Shown here: in pieces, positions 28,111-38,747 of the stretch | Layout: each line of letters begins with the position of its first letter | Numbering within the stretch: position 1 is the first letter of the stretch | DNA from: Candidatus Adlerbacteria bacterium | GTDB taxonomy: Bacteria; Patescibacteriota; Minisyncoccia; Phycocordibacterales; SBAW01 | Length of the DNA stretch: 64,000 bases | Assembly: GCA_029288895.1 (NCBI GenBank) | Contig: JARIGK010000004.1 | Coordinates: 13,621 to 77,620, forward strand | Direction: 5' to 3' | Position numbers and translations under genes: made by a program | The notes under the pieces: generated by a model | What the model was told of the DNA's origin: nothing | The model's database searches: none | The model's input: only the letters and a program-made list of their open reading frames with translations

Positions 28111-30000
28111 TTAGTCCAAATATATCGTACGGCCGATGCGCTCGGGCGCTTCCCACGCAAGCAGTGCGTCAGAAATATCAGAGAGGAATTGTGACGGCGC
28201 CGTCGAATTTTTTGAACCAAAAATGGTGCGATATGACGCAAACGTCAAAAATACTTTTTTCTGCGCGCGTGTAATGGCCACATAGCACAAACGACGCTCT
28301 TCTTCTTTATCGTTGGAATCACCGTCCATGCGCTCGTACGGGAACAACCCTTCTTCGAGCCCAGTGATAAAAACATGAGGAAATTCAAGGCCTTTTGAGG
28401 CATGGATGGTCATCAAGCGTACCGCGTTATTGTCTGTTTTCAATTCGTCTTGGTCGCTTTGGAGTGCTGCGTTTTCGAGGAATGCATGTAGCCCCTCGTT
28501 TGGGCCCATCGCATCGTAGCGAGAAGCGAGCGAGACCAATTCGCGCAAGTTTTCCAAACGCTCAGCACCTTCGAGTTTGTCTTCGCGGAGTTCTCGTTCA
28601 AGCCCCGATTCAACAACCGCAAACTTTACCGCTTCGGATGGGATTTTTTCTTCTGCGGCCATGCGGATCTTGCCGAGCAATAGGTACAGTGATTTTACTT
28701 TTTCGCGAACGGCGCCCGTGAGCTGTTCTTCCTGCCCGTTCAGTATTTTTAGAAGTGTGACTTTGCCGATGCCGCGCGGAGGGACGTTCGCGATGCGCGA
28801 CAAATCTGCGGGAGTATTAAACACCGCGGCGCGTACAAACGAAAGTACATCCTTCACTTCTTTGCGCTCGAAGAAGCGCGTGCCCAACACTTGGTAGTCT
28901 ACGCCGCTGTGGAGCAACTGTTCTTCAATTGCGCGCGACTGGAAGTTGGCGCGATACAAAATGCAGAAGTCGCGCGGCTGCATGCCATCGCGTATCCCCT
29001 CTTTTATTTTGCGTGCGATAAACCCAGCCTCATCCGTTTCGTCAAACGCTTGATAGAGCCCGATCTGTTCGCCGTCGGCATTGTTGGTGTAGAGATTTTT
29101 TTCGCGGCGGAAGACGTTCTTCGCGATCACTTCGTTTGCTGCGGCCAAGATAGTTTTGGTCGAGCGGTAGTTCTCTTCGAGCAAAATTATTTTTGCACCA
29201 GGGAATGTTTTTTCGAATGACAAAATGTTTGCGATTTCGGCGCCGCGCCACCCATAGATAGTTTGGTCGACATCGCCGACGGCGCAGATATTTTTCTCAG
29301 GGCCAACCAAAAGCTCCGCCATTTCTGCTTGGATGCCGTTGGTGTCCTGATATTCGTCTATATGTATGTAGCGCCAGCGCTGCTGGTACTTTTCACGCAC
29401 CTCTTTGTTGGTGCGAAGGAGGCGGGTTGGCGTCACAAGCAAATCGTCGAAGTCGACGGCGCCATCTTTCTTTAATGCCTTGTCATACATGGCCCAGACT
29501 TGGGCGACAATGCGGTCGCGGGGTATTTCTGCGCCTTGCGCGTAGGTTTCGGGGTCCATCCCCTGCCCTTTTTGCTTTGAAATAGTGCCCAAGGCCGAGC
29601 GTGGCTCGACATCCTCGACGCCCAAACTCTTCAATGCTGCCTTTACCTCACGAAGGGAGTCGCTTCTATCATAAATCGCTGGGGTACGCTTAAACCCAAG
29701 CAGTTTGTGGTGCTCTTTCAATATATAGAGGCCAAGCGAGTGGAAGGTGGACACAAACGGAACGGCGGTGCCTCCCCCAAGGAGCCCATTCACGCGTTCG
29801 CGCATTTCGGAGGCGGCTTTGTTGGTGAATGTTATAGCCAAAACAGCCTCTGGCGGCACCCCTTTGTTCACAATTTCGAGGATCCGGTGGGCAATAACCC
29901 TTGTTTTACCGGCCCCGGCGCCTGCAATAACCAACACAGGCCCCTCCGTTGTGTGGACCGCCTCTGCCTGTGCCGCATTAAGCCCTGCATTCGATGACAT
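28111..30000 (-). CDS. pcrA: ATP-dependent DNA helicase PcrA/UvrD family
   Basis: SF1 helicase motifs I (AGAGAGKTRV), II (DEYQDTN) and onwards. 629 aa. Confidence 0.85.
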   Translation of the reverse strand: MSSNAGLNAAQAEAVHTTEGPVLVIAGAGAGKTRVIAHRILEIVNKGVPPEAVLAITFTNKAASEMRERVNGLLGGGTAVPFVSTFHSLGLYILKEHHKLLGFKRTPAIYDRSDSLREVKAALKSLGVEDVEPRSALGTISKQKGQGMDPETYAQGAEIPRDRIVAQVWAMYDKALKKDGAVDFDDLLVTPTRLLRTNKEVREKYQQRWRYIHIDEYQDTNGIQAEMAELLVGPEKNICAVGDVDQTIYGWRGAEIANILSFEKTFPGAKIILLEENYRSTKTILAAANEVIAKNVFRREKNLYTNNADGEQIGLYQAFDETDEAGFIARKIKEGIRDGMQPRDFCILYRANFQSRAIEEQLLHSGVDYQVLGTRFFERKEVKDVLSFVRAAVFNTPADLSRIANVPPRGIGKVTLLKILNGQEEQLTGAVREKVKSLYLLLGKIRMAAEEKIPSEAVKFAVVESGLERELREDKLEGAERLENLRELVSLASRYDAMGPNEGLHAFLENAALQSDQDELKTDNNAVRLMTIHASKGLEFPHVFITGLEEGLFPYERMDGDSNDKEEERRLCYVAITRAQKKVFLTFASYRTIFGSKNSTAPSQFLSDISDALLAWEAPERIGRTIYLD

Positions 30001-30327
30001 CCATACACGATACCCCGAAGGTGCCCAAAACCCCTAGAAAAAACAGCAGAAAACAGGTTTTTGCTTTTGTACAGGGTTTTTCTTCATCTAAAATACCCTT
30101 ACCTCTAAGGGTATTTTAGGCCTCCCCGCACCATTATCCACAGGCGCCAAACCGTCAAGTTGACCCTACCCCCTCCTTTTATATAGTTAGATAGTACCTT
30201 CTGAAGTTCAGATGAAGTGGCTCAATAGAGCCACAAAGCAGACAGAAATGGCAGAGCGAGGCTCTAACTTAGGCTTATAGGTTCTCACTATACAGACCCT
30301 TCTCCGGCGGGTGACCCGTTATTCTCG

Positions 30328-31428
30328 GTGAAGGCAAAAAAGATGGTCGTCGTTTCCCTCACGCTTATTGGCGGCCTTTTCTCGTTTTGTATTCCACTGC
30401 TTGCGTCGGCAAGCATTTTTACGTCTCTCCTTGGTGCAACCGCGGGTGTAAGCGGTGCGTCGGGCTCGTCGTCCAACTCTCAGACCATGACGCTCCCCTC
30501 GCCTGCAACCAATATCGACCCCAACCCTGCTGTGGGTGGCGGCGACATCAGCCTCGTCGGTGGCTCAGCCCTCTTGGCGCAAGAAGGTCCGTCGGGTACC
30601 GCGGCTGATATCGAAAGTGAGCCAACAAACCAGCAGGTCAGCGTCTACACCGTCCGCGATGGCGACACTCTGTCGGGCATTGCGAAGATGTTCAACGTGA
30701 CGGCTAACACCATCTTGGGCGCCAACGATATTAAAGGTGGCGTCGTGCACCCAGGCCAGACACTCATCATCTTCCCTATCCCAGGTCTCCAGCACACCGT
30801 AGCGAAAGGCGAAACATTGGCATCATTGGCAAAGAAATATAATTCCGACGCGCACGACATCGCCGCATACAACGGCTTGGCTGACAACGACACGCTCAAC
30901 GTTGGCGACAGCATCTTTATCCCAGGTGCAGAAACATCAGTAGCCGCACCCACACCAACGAAGCCGTCTGGTTCGAAGGGTGGCAAACCATCGTCATCGC
31001 ACGCACGCGCAATCGCAAATATCGCGAGCGGTAAAACAACCGAGCCGTACTTGGGTGGCTCGGGCCCTGCACTTGATGGATTCTTTGCATGGCCAGTTGC
31101 GGGCGGCATCATCACTCAAGGTTTGCATGGATGGAATGCCGTCGACATTGGTGCAGCAAAAGGCACATCTATTTTTGCAGCAGCCGGAGGCACTGTCGTT
31201 GTCGCAAACGGAAGCGGCGCATGGAACGGTGGCTACGGCAGCTATGTTGTTATCCAGCATGCAAATGGTACACAAACGTTGTATGCGCACATGAGCAAAG
31301 TACTTGTCTCGGCGGGCAGCCATGTCGACCAGGGCGACACCATCGGCCGCGTCGGTGCAACCGGCGAAGCAACTGGTGCGCACCTCCACTTCGAAGTCCG
31401 CGGAGCTCAAAACCCATTCGCAAACTAA
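30328..31428 (+). CDS. LysM-domain M23 family peptidoglycan endopeptidase (secreted)
   Basis: Signal peptide, two LysM repeats (YTVRDGDTLSGIAKMF..., HTVAKGETLASLAKKY...) and an M23 catalytic domain with HxxxD and HLHFE motifs. Confidence 0.85.
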   Translation: MKAKKMVVVSLTLIGGLFSFCIPLLASASIFTSLLGATAGVSGASGSSSNSQTMTLPSPATNIDPNPAVGGGDISLVGGSALLAQEGPSGTAADIESEPTNQQVSVYTVRDGDTLSGIAKMFNVTANTILGANDIKGGVVHPGQTLIIFPIPGLQHTVAKGETLASLAKKYNSDAHDIAAYNGLADNDTLNVGDSIFIPGAETSVAAPTPTKPSGSKGGKPSSSHARAIANIASGKTTEPYLGGSGPALDGFFAWPVAGGIITQGLHGWNAVDIGAAKGTSIFAAAGGTVVVANGSGAWNGGYGSYVVIQHANGTQTLYAHMSKVLVSAGSHVDQGDTIGRVGATGEATGAHLHFEVRGAQNPFAN

Positions 31429-31467
31429 ATCCTCTTTCTATAAATTTCCAAAAGAAAAACGCGGCCA

Positions 31468-32049
31468 TCATTTGGTCGCGTTTAATTTTTTCAGAAAGGC
31501 ACGAATGCCACCCTGCTTAGGCTGGTACATCCATGTCATCCAGCTCTCGACGAGTTGTTCCAACACTGTCGTGCGGTAGGTCTGGAATGTTTCGAGCGAG
31601 GTTTTCTTGCCCCAGGGCTTCGTGTAGTCCATCGGTAAGCGGATAAGATTGTCGAGTCGTTTGAGCCCGCGCTCGCCTTGCGTACTACTTACGAGAACAC
31701 CAAGCGCGTACGGTTGTTCTGGGGGAACGACTCCAACCGAACGATGGCCCCACTCCAACACAAGAGCTGCGTGCGCACTTGGAGTTTGAACCATGAGATA
31801 GAGCGCATGCAGCTCCGCGCGTATGTACGGCTCCTTGAGGAGCCCAGGTAACCGCGAGAGCGTTCTAAAGCTAGGACGCTCCTCGTTCGACGCAACTACT
31901 TGGAAACTTTTTCGGCCAGATGTCCGCTTGAGGATTGTGTCCGTTTGGTTAGCCAACGGGTCTTCGCCAGCTACCACTACCGTGATCTTTTTGTATTTCA
32001 CGAAGGTCTCCGTGCGTGTGTGAAACAGAACTTCTATACCTGCCGCCAC
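31468..32049 (-). CDS. hypothetical protein (193 aa)
   Basis: Clean ORF with no recognisable motifs. Confidence 0.4.
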   Translation of the reverse strand: MAAGIEVLFHTRTETFVKYKKITVVVAGEDPLANQTDTILKRTSGRKSFQVVASNEERPSFRTLSRLPGLLKEPYIRAELHALYLMVQTPSAHAALVLEWGHRSVGVVPPEQPYALGVLVSSTQGERGLKRLDNLIRLPMDYTKPWGKKTSLETFQTYRTTVLEQLVESWMTWMYQPKQGGIRAFLKKLNATK

Positions 32050-32078
32050 CCTACCAAAGAAACTTGTGGAACGCTATT

Positions 32079-33617
32079 TTACTGTTTGCGCTGCCTATAT
32101 TGGAGTGCTTCTAAGATATGTGATTCGCCTACGTCGGGCGAAGAGTCCAAGTCGGCGATAGTGCGTGCAACTTTGATAACACGATGGAATGCACGCGGAG
32201 AAAGCGAAAGACGTGTGCCGGCTTTTTCTAATGTCGTGCGTGCGGTGTCAGTGAGTGCCACAAATTCTTCCAACTCGCGCGGCGAAAGGTCGCTATTTGT
32301 TTTCTGTGTGCCGTAGCGTGCCGCCTGCATCGCACGTGCGTCGGCAACTTTGTTGCGTGCAGCCGTGGTCTCTGTACCTTGCCGTACTTTTTTGCCAAGC
32401 TCGGGCAAGTCGACAGGACCCATAGTCATCCACAAATCGATGCGGTCTGCTATGGGCCCCGACACTTTGCGGCGGTAGCGCTCGAGTGTGTGCGGGCTAC
32501 ACACGCACTGCACCGTAGGGTGCCCATAGTTGCCGCACGGGCACGGGTTCATCGCAGCGACTAATGTAAACCGCGCCGGGAAGAGTGCTGTGCCTTTTGC
32601 ACGTGCCACGGCAATGACTCTGTCTTCAAGTGGTTGGCGCAATGCTTCGATCACACGTCTCTCAAACTCGGGGAATTCGTCCAGAAATAAAACGCCTCGG
32701 TGTGCGAGCGTTGCCTCGCCCGGCCGCGGGCTCGCACCACCGCCGACGATCGAGACATAACTCGATGTATGGTGCGGCGCACGAAATGGCGGCATCGTCA
32801 GCAAGCCGCCCTGCAACACGCCGGCGACAGAGTGGATGCCGTTTACTTCGAGTACTTCGTCAAACGACAGCGGCGGCAAGATCGACGCCAATGCGCGCGC
32901 CAACATCGTTTTGCCCGTGCCCGGCGGGCCAGACAACCCCAGGTTGTGCCCGCCTGCCGCAGCAATGATCGCTGCGCGTTTCGCACTTTCTTGGCCGCGG
33001 ATATCTTCAAATGCAAACTGTGTGTCGGCGAGCGCGGGCACGAGTTCCGTTTGCGGTGTCGGGTGGAGTGGAATTTGCTGGCGCTTCCCTCCCTCTTTCT
33101 TTTCGTTCAAATGGTCTATCACCTCGCCTAAATTTTTTGCTGCATAAATTTCTATACCTGCAACAAGCGCCGCCTCTTGCGCATTGCGCGCCGGCACAAA
33201 CACACCGCGCTTGCCCGCGCGTTTTGCTTCTGCAACCAACGGCAGCACGCCGCGTACGGGTTGCACATTTCCGTCGAGCGAAAGTTCGCCAATAAACAAA
33301 TATGGGTCGGGGTCAAAACGGATGTCGTCGGCTGCAAGCAAATACGACAGTGCGATAGGCAGGTCAAACATCGGCCCTTCTTTTTTTAAATCCGCGGGTG
33401 CGAGTGAAATGACAATTTTTTGGTTGCGTGTTTTGGGCGAATCAAAGCCCGAATGTTTTATCGCGGCAGCGACACGGTCGCGGCTTTCTTCTACTGCTTT
33501 GTCAGGCAACCCAACGATAGTAAACGCGTGTAACCCGCGCGAGAGGTCTGTCTCCACGGAAACTATGTGGGGCGAAAGGAGCGAGGTCTGTGCCCCATAC
33601 ACGCGTGCATATTGCAT
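32079..33617 (-). CDS. comM: Mg-chelatase-like AAA+ ATPase YifB/ComM
   Basis: N-terminal Lon-like ChlI domain and AAA+ Walker A GPPGTGKTMLA. 512 aa. Confidence 0.85.
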   Translation of the reverse strand: MQYARVYGAQTSLLSPHIVSVETDLSRGLHAFTIVGLPDKAVEESRDRVAAAIKHSGFDSPKTRNQKIVISLAPADLKKEGPMFDLPIALSYLLAADDIRFDPDPYLFIGELSLDGNVQPVRGVLPLVAEAKRAGKRGVFVPARNAQEAALVAGIEIYAAKNLGEVIDHLNEKKEGGKRQQIPLHPTPQTELVPALADTQFAFEDIRGQESAKRAAIIAAAGGHNLGLSGPPGTGKTMLARALASILPPLSFDEVLEVNGIHSVAGVLQGGLLTMPPFRAPHHTSSYVSIVGGGASPRPGEATLAHRGVLFLDEFPEFERRVIEALRQPLEDRVIAVARAKGTALFPARFTLVAAMNPCPCGNYGHPTVQCVCSPHTLERYRRKVSGPIADRIDLWMTMGPVDLPELGKKVRQGTETTAARNKVADARAMQAARYGTQKTNSDLSPRELEEFVALTDTARTTLEKAGTRLSLSPRAFHRVIKVARTIADLDSSPDVGESHILEALQYRQRKQ

Positions 33618-33688
33618 ACCCCGCAGTGTAGCGATCTACAACTGCGGGGCTGCTAAAACAAAAGTATGAGGTTTCTAAAATGTTGGGA

Positions 33689-34066
33689 CTACGCACCCAA
33701 TTCTGCCTCTTCGTCCATGTGCGCTTTGCACGTACGCGCTGAAGGGATGGCGTCCAAACGATCTTCTTCGATTTCTTCGCCGCCAATTTCGCACACGCCG
33801 TAGGTACCAGCATCTATTTTTTCGAGGGCACGCTGCACATTTTTGAGCTGAATTTTAAATGCGTCAGTCTCTGCGGTGTTTTCTTCGAGCTCTTCTATGT
33901 TGTCGGCAATTTCGTCCTCTTCTGTTGCTGTCTCATCGATGTCGCCTGCGTCGGCTTCCCAAACATCGACTTCGGTTTCTGTTGCGGTGTCTTTTAATTC
34001 GCTCTCCAATGTTGAGAGTTCTTCTTCAAGGCGATGCTTGAGTTTATCGATGGTGTGTTGGTCCAT
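33689..34066 (-). CDS. DksA/TraR-family C4-type zinc-finger protein
   Basis: Coiled-coil N-terminus and C-terminal CxxC...CxxC (GVCEIGGEEI...ARTCKAHM). Confidence 0.6.
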   Translation of the reverse strand: MDQHTIDKLKHRLEEELSTLESELKDTATETEVDVWEADAGDIDETATEEDEIADNIEELEENTAETDAFKIQLKNVQRALEKIDAGTYGVCEIGGEEIEEDRLDAIPSARTCKAHMDEEAELGA

Positions 34067-34081
34067 GCGGACATTTTACCA

Positions 34082-35263
34082 TTACTGGCTATTTGGCAAG
34101 GATGTCAGCGGGGCTTGTGTGAGTCGCGCGATTACCTCGTGTAACGTACCTTCGTTGGTTGTAATAACAAGCGTCCCCCGGTCGAGGAAGGTCCAGAGCA
34201 AATAGATTTGATTATCAGGTGTGAGCAAAACGCGCGCGTCATGGTTGTCGACGATTTGGTCAGTGAAACCAGTTTGTACAAATGCAGCAGGTGCTGCTGG
34301 AGTTGTCGAAGCGGTTGAGGATGCCATCTGCGCAGGCTCGGTTGGTGCCTGAATTTTCGGCGCAGGTGTGTACGCAAAGAGCGGGTACAGATCTTGCTTC
34401 ATCGTCGGCTCCCACGAAAGCATGCCTGCGTAGCCCTGTTCGTACGAATCAATTTTCAAAATTAAAAATGGCTGGTTGATGCCGTAGGAATGTACGCCAA
34501 GCAAATACACTGGTTCGATATCGCGCATGAGAGTTTCCGGCATGTCGGGCGCGATTATGCCAAACAATGTCTGCGCGTCTGCATACGTTGCTTGCGAGTT
34601 GCTGCTTGTTGCCGCGCTTTGCACATAGAGTTGTGCAACGAGCCCGAGCGAGAGAGAAATATTTTTCTTTGCTGCGACGAGTGCGTTCATGGCTGTAGTT
34701 GCGCTTGCATCCCCTGGCAGTGTTGCGACTGCCGTACCGTCGATCGAGATGTATGGCGCTACACCCTGTTGCTGCTGCGGCAGCGGTGCGTTGTGGAGGA
34801 GTGCGTAGCCGAGGCCGCCGAGTGCACTCACGATCAGTACGATGCCGAGCGCAACAAACACAACAGTGCGAAGTGTCGATGACGCACTCCTCTGTTTTGA
34901 TTCGTCGAGCGAGTCGGCCAAGGGTGCTGAGCCGCGGCGTGTTGCTTCTGCTGCAGCGATCGAAACAACCGACACGTTGTTGTCTTTGACGACGCGCGCA
35001 ATGTCACCTTGGAATGTTTGCAGCGGTGCAATGGATGCAGGTTGGTTTGATACCTGCGCAGAACTTTCCGATCGGCTTCCTGTCGGAACCGCGGAGAAGT
35101 TCTGCTCCGGTGTTACAGCGGGTGTAGGTTCTGGCTTTGGAAGTGTGGCTGACTGCTCTTGCGAATACAACGCGCCCGCATCGACTCGCTGTGCGGAGTC
35201 GAGCGAAGGCGCATCTTTTTTTGGGAGTAGGAAACTCTTAGGGTCTAGGGGCTCTTGGTCCAT
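34082..35263 (-). CDS. hypothetical membrane-anchored protein (393 aa)
   Basis: Central TM helix VVFVALGIVLIVSALGGLGYALL. Low-complexity N-terminus. Confidence 0.45.
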   Translation of the reverse strand: MDQEPLDPKSFLLPKKDAPSLDSAQRVDAGALYSQEQSATLPKPEPTPAVTPEQNFSAVPTGSRSESSAQVSNQPASIAPLQTFQGDIARVVKDNNVSVVSIAAAEATRRGSAPLADSLDESKQRSASSTLRTVVFVALGIVLIVSALGGLGYALLHNAPLPQQQQGVAPYISIDGTAVATLPGDASATTAMNALVAAKKNISLSLGLVAQLYVQSAATSSNSQATYADAQTLFGIIAPDMPETLMRDIEPVYLLGVHSYGINQPFLILKIDSYEQGYAGMLSWEPTMKQDLYPLFAYTPAPKIQAPTEPAQMASSTASTTPAAPAAFVQTGFTDQIVDNHDARVLLTPDNQIYLLWTFLDRGTLVITTNEGTLHEVIARLTQAPLTSLPNSQ

Positions 35264-37412
35264 TTGGCTGGACAGACGGTGTGAGGCCTTTTCGTGCTGC
35301 GAACTCTGGGTCTGCTGCTTTGATCGAGAGGTTGATTCGGCCCTTGTCGTCTATCTCTTTAATCATAACCTGCACTTTGTCGCCCACGGCAACCGCAGAT
35401 GAAATCTTCTCGATGCGGAACGGTGCAACTTCAGAAACATGCACCAAGCCCTCTGCGTCTTTGCCCGGGCCGATGCGGACGAACGCGCCGAAGTCCATCA
35501 GGCGTGTAACCTCGCCTTCGTACATCTCGCCCGGTTTATATTCCTTTACGAGTGCGGCAATCATCTCCTGTGCCTTTTGCGCTGTACCGTTTTTGCCGGT
35601 GATAAAGATCGAACCGTCATCTTCGATGGTGATGTCTGCAACTCCTGAAACATCTTTGATGCCGTTAATCGTCTTGCCTCCCCCGCCAATCACGAGGCCA
35701 ATTTGGTCTGGGCGAACGTTCATGGTGATGATTTCTGGTGCGCGCGGCGATATATGTGGGCGTGAAACTGCAATTTCTTTTTCGATCACATCCAAGATGT
35801 GCATGCGCGCAGCCTTCGCGCCCGCGAGTGCTTCCACCAAAATCGGTACCGGCACGCCGTCCAATTTGATGTCCATCTGGATTGCAGTGATGCCCGCACG
35901 AGTGCCCGCGACTTTAAAGTCCATGTCGCCGAATTCGTCTTCGGGGCCCTGGATGTCGGTGAGTACTTTGTAACGGCCGTCGCCATTCATCGAAAGCATG
36001 AGCCCCATCGCGATGCCGGCAACTGGTGCCTTCAGCGGCACGCCGCCATCCATCAATGCAAGCGTTGATGCGCACACCGAACCCATCGAGGTCGAACCAT
36101 TCGACGCCAAACATTCCGACACCAAGCGAATGGTGTATGGGAATTGTTCAACCGGTGGGATCACTGCTGCGAGCGCTTTTTCTGCAAGCGCGCCGTGGCC
36201 GATCATGCGGCGGTTCAACCCACCGACACGGCCCGTCTCCCCTGCCGAGTACGGCGGGAAGTTGTAGTGATGCATGAAGCGCTTTTTAACATCGTGCTCT
36301 TCCATTGAATCGATAACCTGTGAGTCGCCGGGGCCGCCGAGCGTCAATGTCGAAAAGACGTGCGTGCCGCCGCGATAGAAAATACCCGAGCCGTGCAAGA
36401 TGTCCGAGACGCCGCCTGCCTTTGCAAACAAGGGGCGCACTTCATCAAAGCGGCGATTGTCTGCGCGCTTATTTTCTTCGACTGCGCCACGGTGGATTTC
36501 TTCGTCGACTTTATCTTCGAGGAAGCGCTTCGCCATCCCGGGATTGATGTCTGCGTACGCTTCTTCTTTCAATTTTTCTTTCCACGCATCCTGCACCTCG
36601 TGGATAGCATCTTTGCTTGGTTTGCCGCAGAAGACCGCTGCAGAAAGTTTCGCTCTAAATTCTGATTCAAATAATTCTGACAATGCAGCAGGGATTTCTG
36701 GTTTTGCCGCATCGCGTTTTGTTTTACCGATTTCTGCCACAATCGATTTCTGCCATGCAACAATTTTGTCGTGCTCTGCGGTTGCTTGTACAAATGCAGC
36801 GGCGGTGTCATCTTCCGAAATTTCGTGCGCACCAACTTCGATCATGTTGATCATGCTGTCTTTGCCGCAGGCAAGAAGGTCGAGCACCATCTCTTTGTCG
36901 GCGCGTTCTGCAAACGTTGGGTTGACGATAAAATCACCGCCCATTTTTTTGCCGATGCGTACTGCAGCAACCGGGCCGTTCCACGGGATGTCTGATGTTG
37001 CGAGTGCAAGCGATGCTGCGTTAACGGCGACTGCTGCTGGGTCCTCTTCGTCGAGTGCCAACATGGTGATGATCACCTGCACTTCGTTGCGGATGTGTTG
37101 CGGAAAGAGTGGGCGGATCGTCCGGTCGACAACGCGGCCAGACAAAATTGCTGCTTCCGAGGGCCTACCTTCGCGGCGCACAAAGCGCGAGCCGCCGATA
37201 GTGCCCGCGGCATAAAAGCGCTCTTCGTATTCGACCGACAGAGGGAAGTAGTCGATGTCATCGCGCGTGCGGCTAGAGATCACTGCCGTGGCCAACACCG
37301 CAGTGTTGCCGTAGCGCACAATGACCGACCCGTTTGCCTGTTCGGCCAAGTCAGTAAATTCGGCGGACAATGTCTTGCCGCCAATCTGTGTTTCGAACTT
37401 CTTTGATTGCAT
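35238..37412 (-). CDS. pnp: polyribonucleotide nucleotidyltransferase (PNPase)
   Basis: Two RNase PH domains plus KH and S1 domains. 724 aa. Confidence 0.95.
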   Translation of the reverse strand: MQSKKFETQIGGKTLSAEFTDLAEQANGSVIVRYGNTAVLATAVISSRTRDDIDYFPLSVEYEERFYAAGTIGGSRFVRREGRPSEAAILSGRVVDRTIRPLFPQHIRNEVQVIITMLALDEEDPAAVAVNAASLALATSDIPWNGPVAAVRIGKKMGGDFIVNPTFAERADKEMVLDLLACGKDSMINMIEVGAHEISEDDTAAAFVQATAEHDKIVAWQKSIVAEIGKTKRDAAKPEIPAALSELFESEFRAKLSAAVFCGKPSKDAIHEVQDAWKEKLKEEAYADINPGMAKRFLEDKVDEEIHRGAVEENKRADNRRFDEVRPLFAKAGGVSDILHGSGIFYRGGTHVFSTLTLGGPGDSQVIDSMEEHDVKKRFMHHYNFPPYSAGETGRVGGLNRRMIGHGALAEKALAAVIPPVEQFPYTIRLVSECLASNGSTSMGSVCASTLALMDGGVPLKAPVAGIAMGLMLSMNGDGRYKVLTDIQGPEDEFGDMDFKVAGTRAGITAIQMDIKLDGVPVPILVEALAGAKAARMHILDVIEKEIAVSRPHISPRAPEIITMNVRPDQIGLVIGGGGKTINGIKDVSGVADITIEDDGSIFITGKNGTAQKAQEMIAALVKEYKPGEMYEGEVTRLMDFGAFVRIGPGKDAEGLVHVSEVAPFRIEKISSAVAVGDKVQVMIKEIDDKGRINLSIKAADPEFAARKGLTPSVQPNGPRAPRP

Positions 37413-37586
37413 ACCTTATATATGCGAAGTTCTCGAATGTTAGGTCTCCTTCGAAGAAGGCCTACGTATCCGGGAACTTCGCCAATTACTTATATATAGA
37501 CACTCTAGGCTAAAAATTGATCAAACGCCACGTTTGACAGGTATATTGTTCCAACGTACTTTTATTTCGGATACGGGAGAATTGCT

Positions 37587-37784
37587 ATGTCAAACGCGTT
37601 TTTCGAGAAAGGCAAAGCCCTCTTTTTGTTCAGCGTAGGCGGCATCATGCTCAGCTGGGTCCTCAATGCCTGTTTTAAGCGCTCGATGCGCCTATACAGG
37701 ATGCGGAATACTCCGCAGCCCACGAGTGCCCTGCCCAACTACGACCATTCTTCCGATGCAGGAGATGGCCAACCGTGGCACTGA
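37587..37784 (+). CDS. small hypothetical protein (65 aa)
   Basis: ORF with a weak SD. Ends at a terminator and may be spurious. Confidence 0.25.
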   Translation: MSNAFFEKGKALFLFSVGGIMLSWVLNACFKRSMRLYRMRNTPQPTSALPNYDHSSDAGDGQPWH

Positions 37785-37791
37785 GCCAAAC

Positions 37792-37826
37792 AAAACCGCC
37801 GACCTTTTTGGGCCGGCGTTTTATTT
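37792..37826. terminator. bidirectional rho-independent terminator (copy A of a repeated terminator)
   Basis: aaaaccgccgacc-tttttg-ggccggcgtttt. Near-identical to the element at 39192..39226. Confidence 0.6.
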
Positions 37827-38567
37827 TTATAGAGTCTTCCAGATAAAGCTGTGCATACTTTTGAATAGCTCGGCGATATCCTTATTTTCTATCACTATTG
37901 CGGAAAGGTCGCGCAGGCTCATCAGGGCAACTTTGTCTCCATAAATAAGCACATCAACGTTTGATTTAAACGACTCGGGCAGAGTTTTTGAAAGTTTGCC
38001 GTTGCCCCCGTTCTTCTCGCGGATTTCTTTTATACGCTTTACGTACTTACTTTTTACGAACAGGTCGTAGCTTTTAAATGAATGTTCCCCCATCGTTTTG
38101 TCGAATGCGTCATACTCCGCTTCGCTAAAACTTTCAAAAAACCTATCAGCCGGGAAGATAGAATATCCATCCCCCACCGTCTTAAACAGGTCATCATAGA
38201 TGCGCGCCATCTCTCGCTTCCCTTCGTAAAATACAACATTTGGTTTGTTGGTTGCCTGCCCGCGCAATGTCGACATGGCCTCTACGTTTTTTTCGAACTC
38301 CCCAGTGCGTTTTTTGAAATCGTTCAATATTTCTTTTGGGTCATTTGCCGAATAGAATGTTCTCTTCCCTATCGGGACGCGGATAATAAAATTTTTTACA
38401 AGCAATGCTTCTAAGTGTTCATAACACGTGGCGCGTTTTATTCCTGTAGCGCGGGCGATGTCTGCCACGTCCATACGGCTGTGCCCTAGAAGGCATACAT
38501 ATATAGAAGCGGCCTTCTGCGGCAGCCCCACCCCCTCCAAAACCTCTATAAGTTGAGATTGTTCCAT
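37827..38567 (-). CDS. TrmB-family transcriptional regulator (paralog 1)
   Basis: N-terminal wHTH (ASIYVCLLGHSRMDVADIARATGIKRATCYEHLEAL) and a TrmB-like C-terminal domain. Confidence 0.7.
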   Translation of the reverse strand: MEQSQLIEVLEGVGLPQKAASIYVCLLGHSRMDVADIARATGIKRATCYEHLEALLVKNFIIRVPIGKRTFYSANDPKEILNDFKKRTGEFEKNVEAMSTLRGQATNKPNVVFYEGKREMARIYDDLFKTVGDGYSIFPADRFFESFSEAEYDAFDKTMGEHSFKSYDLFVKSKYVKRIKEIREKNGGNGKLSKTLPESFKSNVDVLIYGDKVALMSLRDLSAIVIENKDIAELFKSMHSFIWKTL

Positions 38568-38747
38568 ACGACCATTCTATAGGTTTTATAAAAAATGTCA
38601 ATAAAAGCGACATATTTTATCTTATTAAAATTAAAATACGTTGCTAAATAAGAGTATTTTAGCTACAAAAATATAATTTTTATACCTAAATCTTCATTTT
38701 GTTAGATACTTAATGCAGTTAGAACATTCAAATATAGGAGAGGTCCC

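Noticed and set aside
35281-37215. Several long plus-strand ORFs (35281..35973, 36400..37215 and others) inside pnp
   Set aside because: They are all antisense to the highly confident PNPase gene. The GC-rich backbone generates long spurious antisense ORFs.
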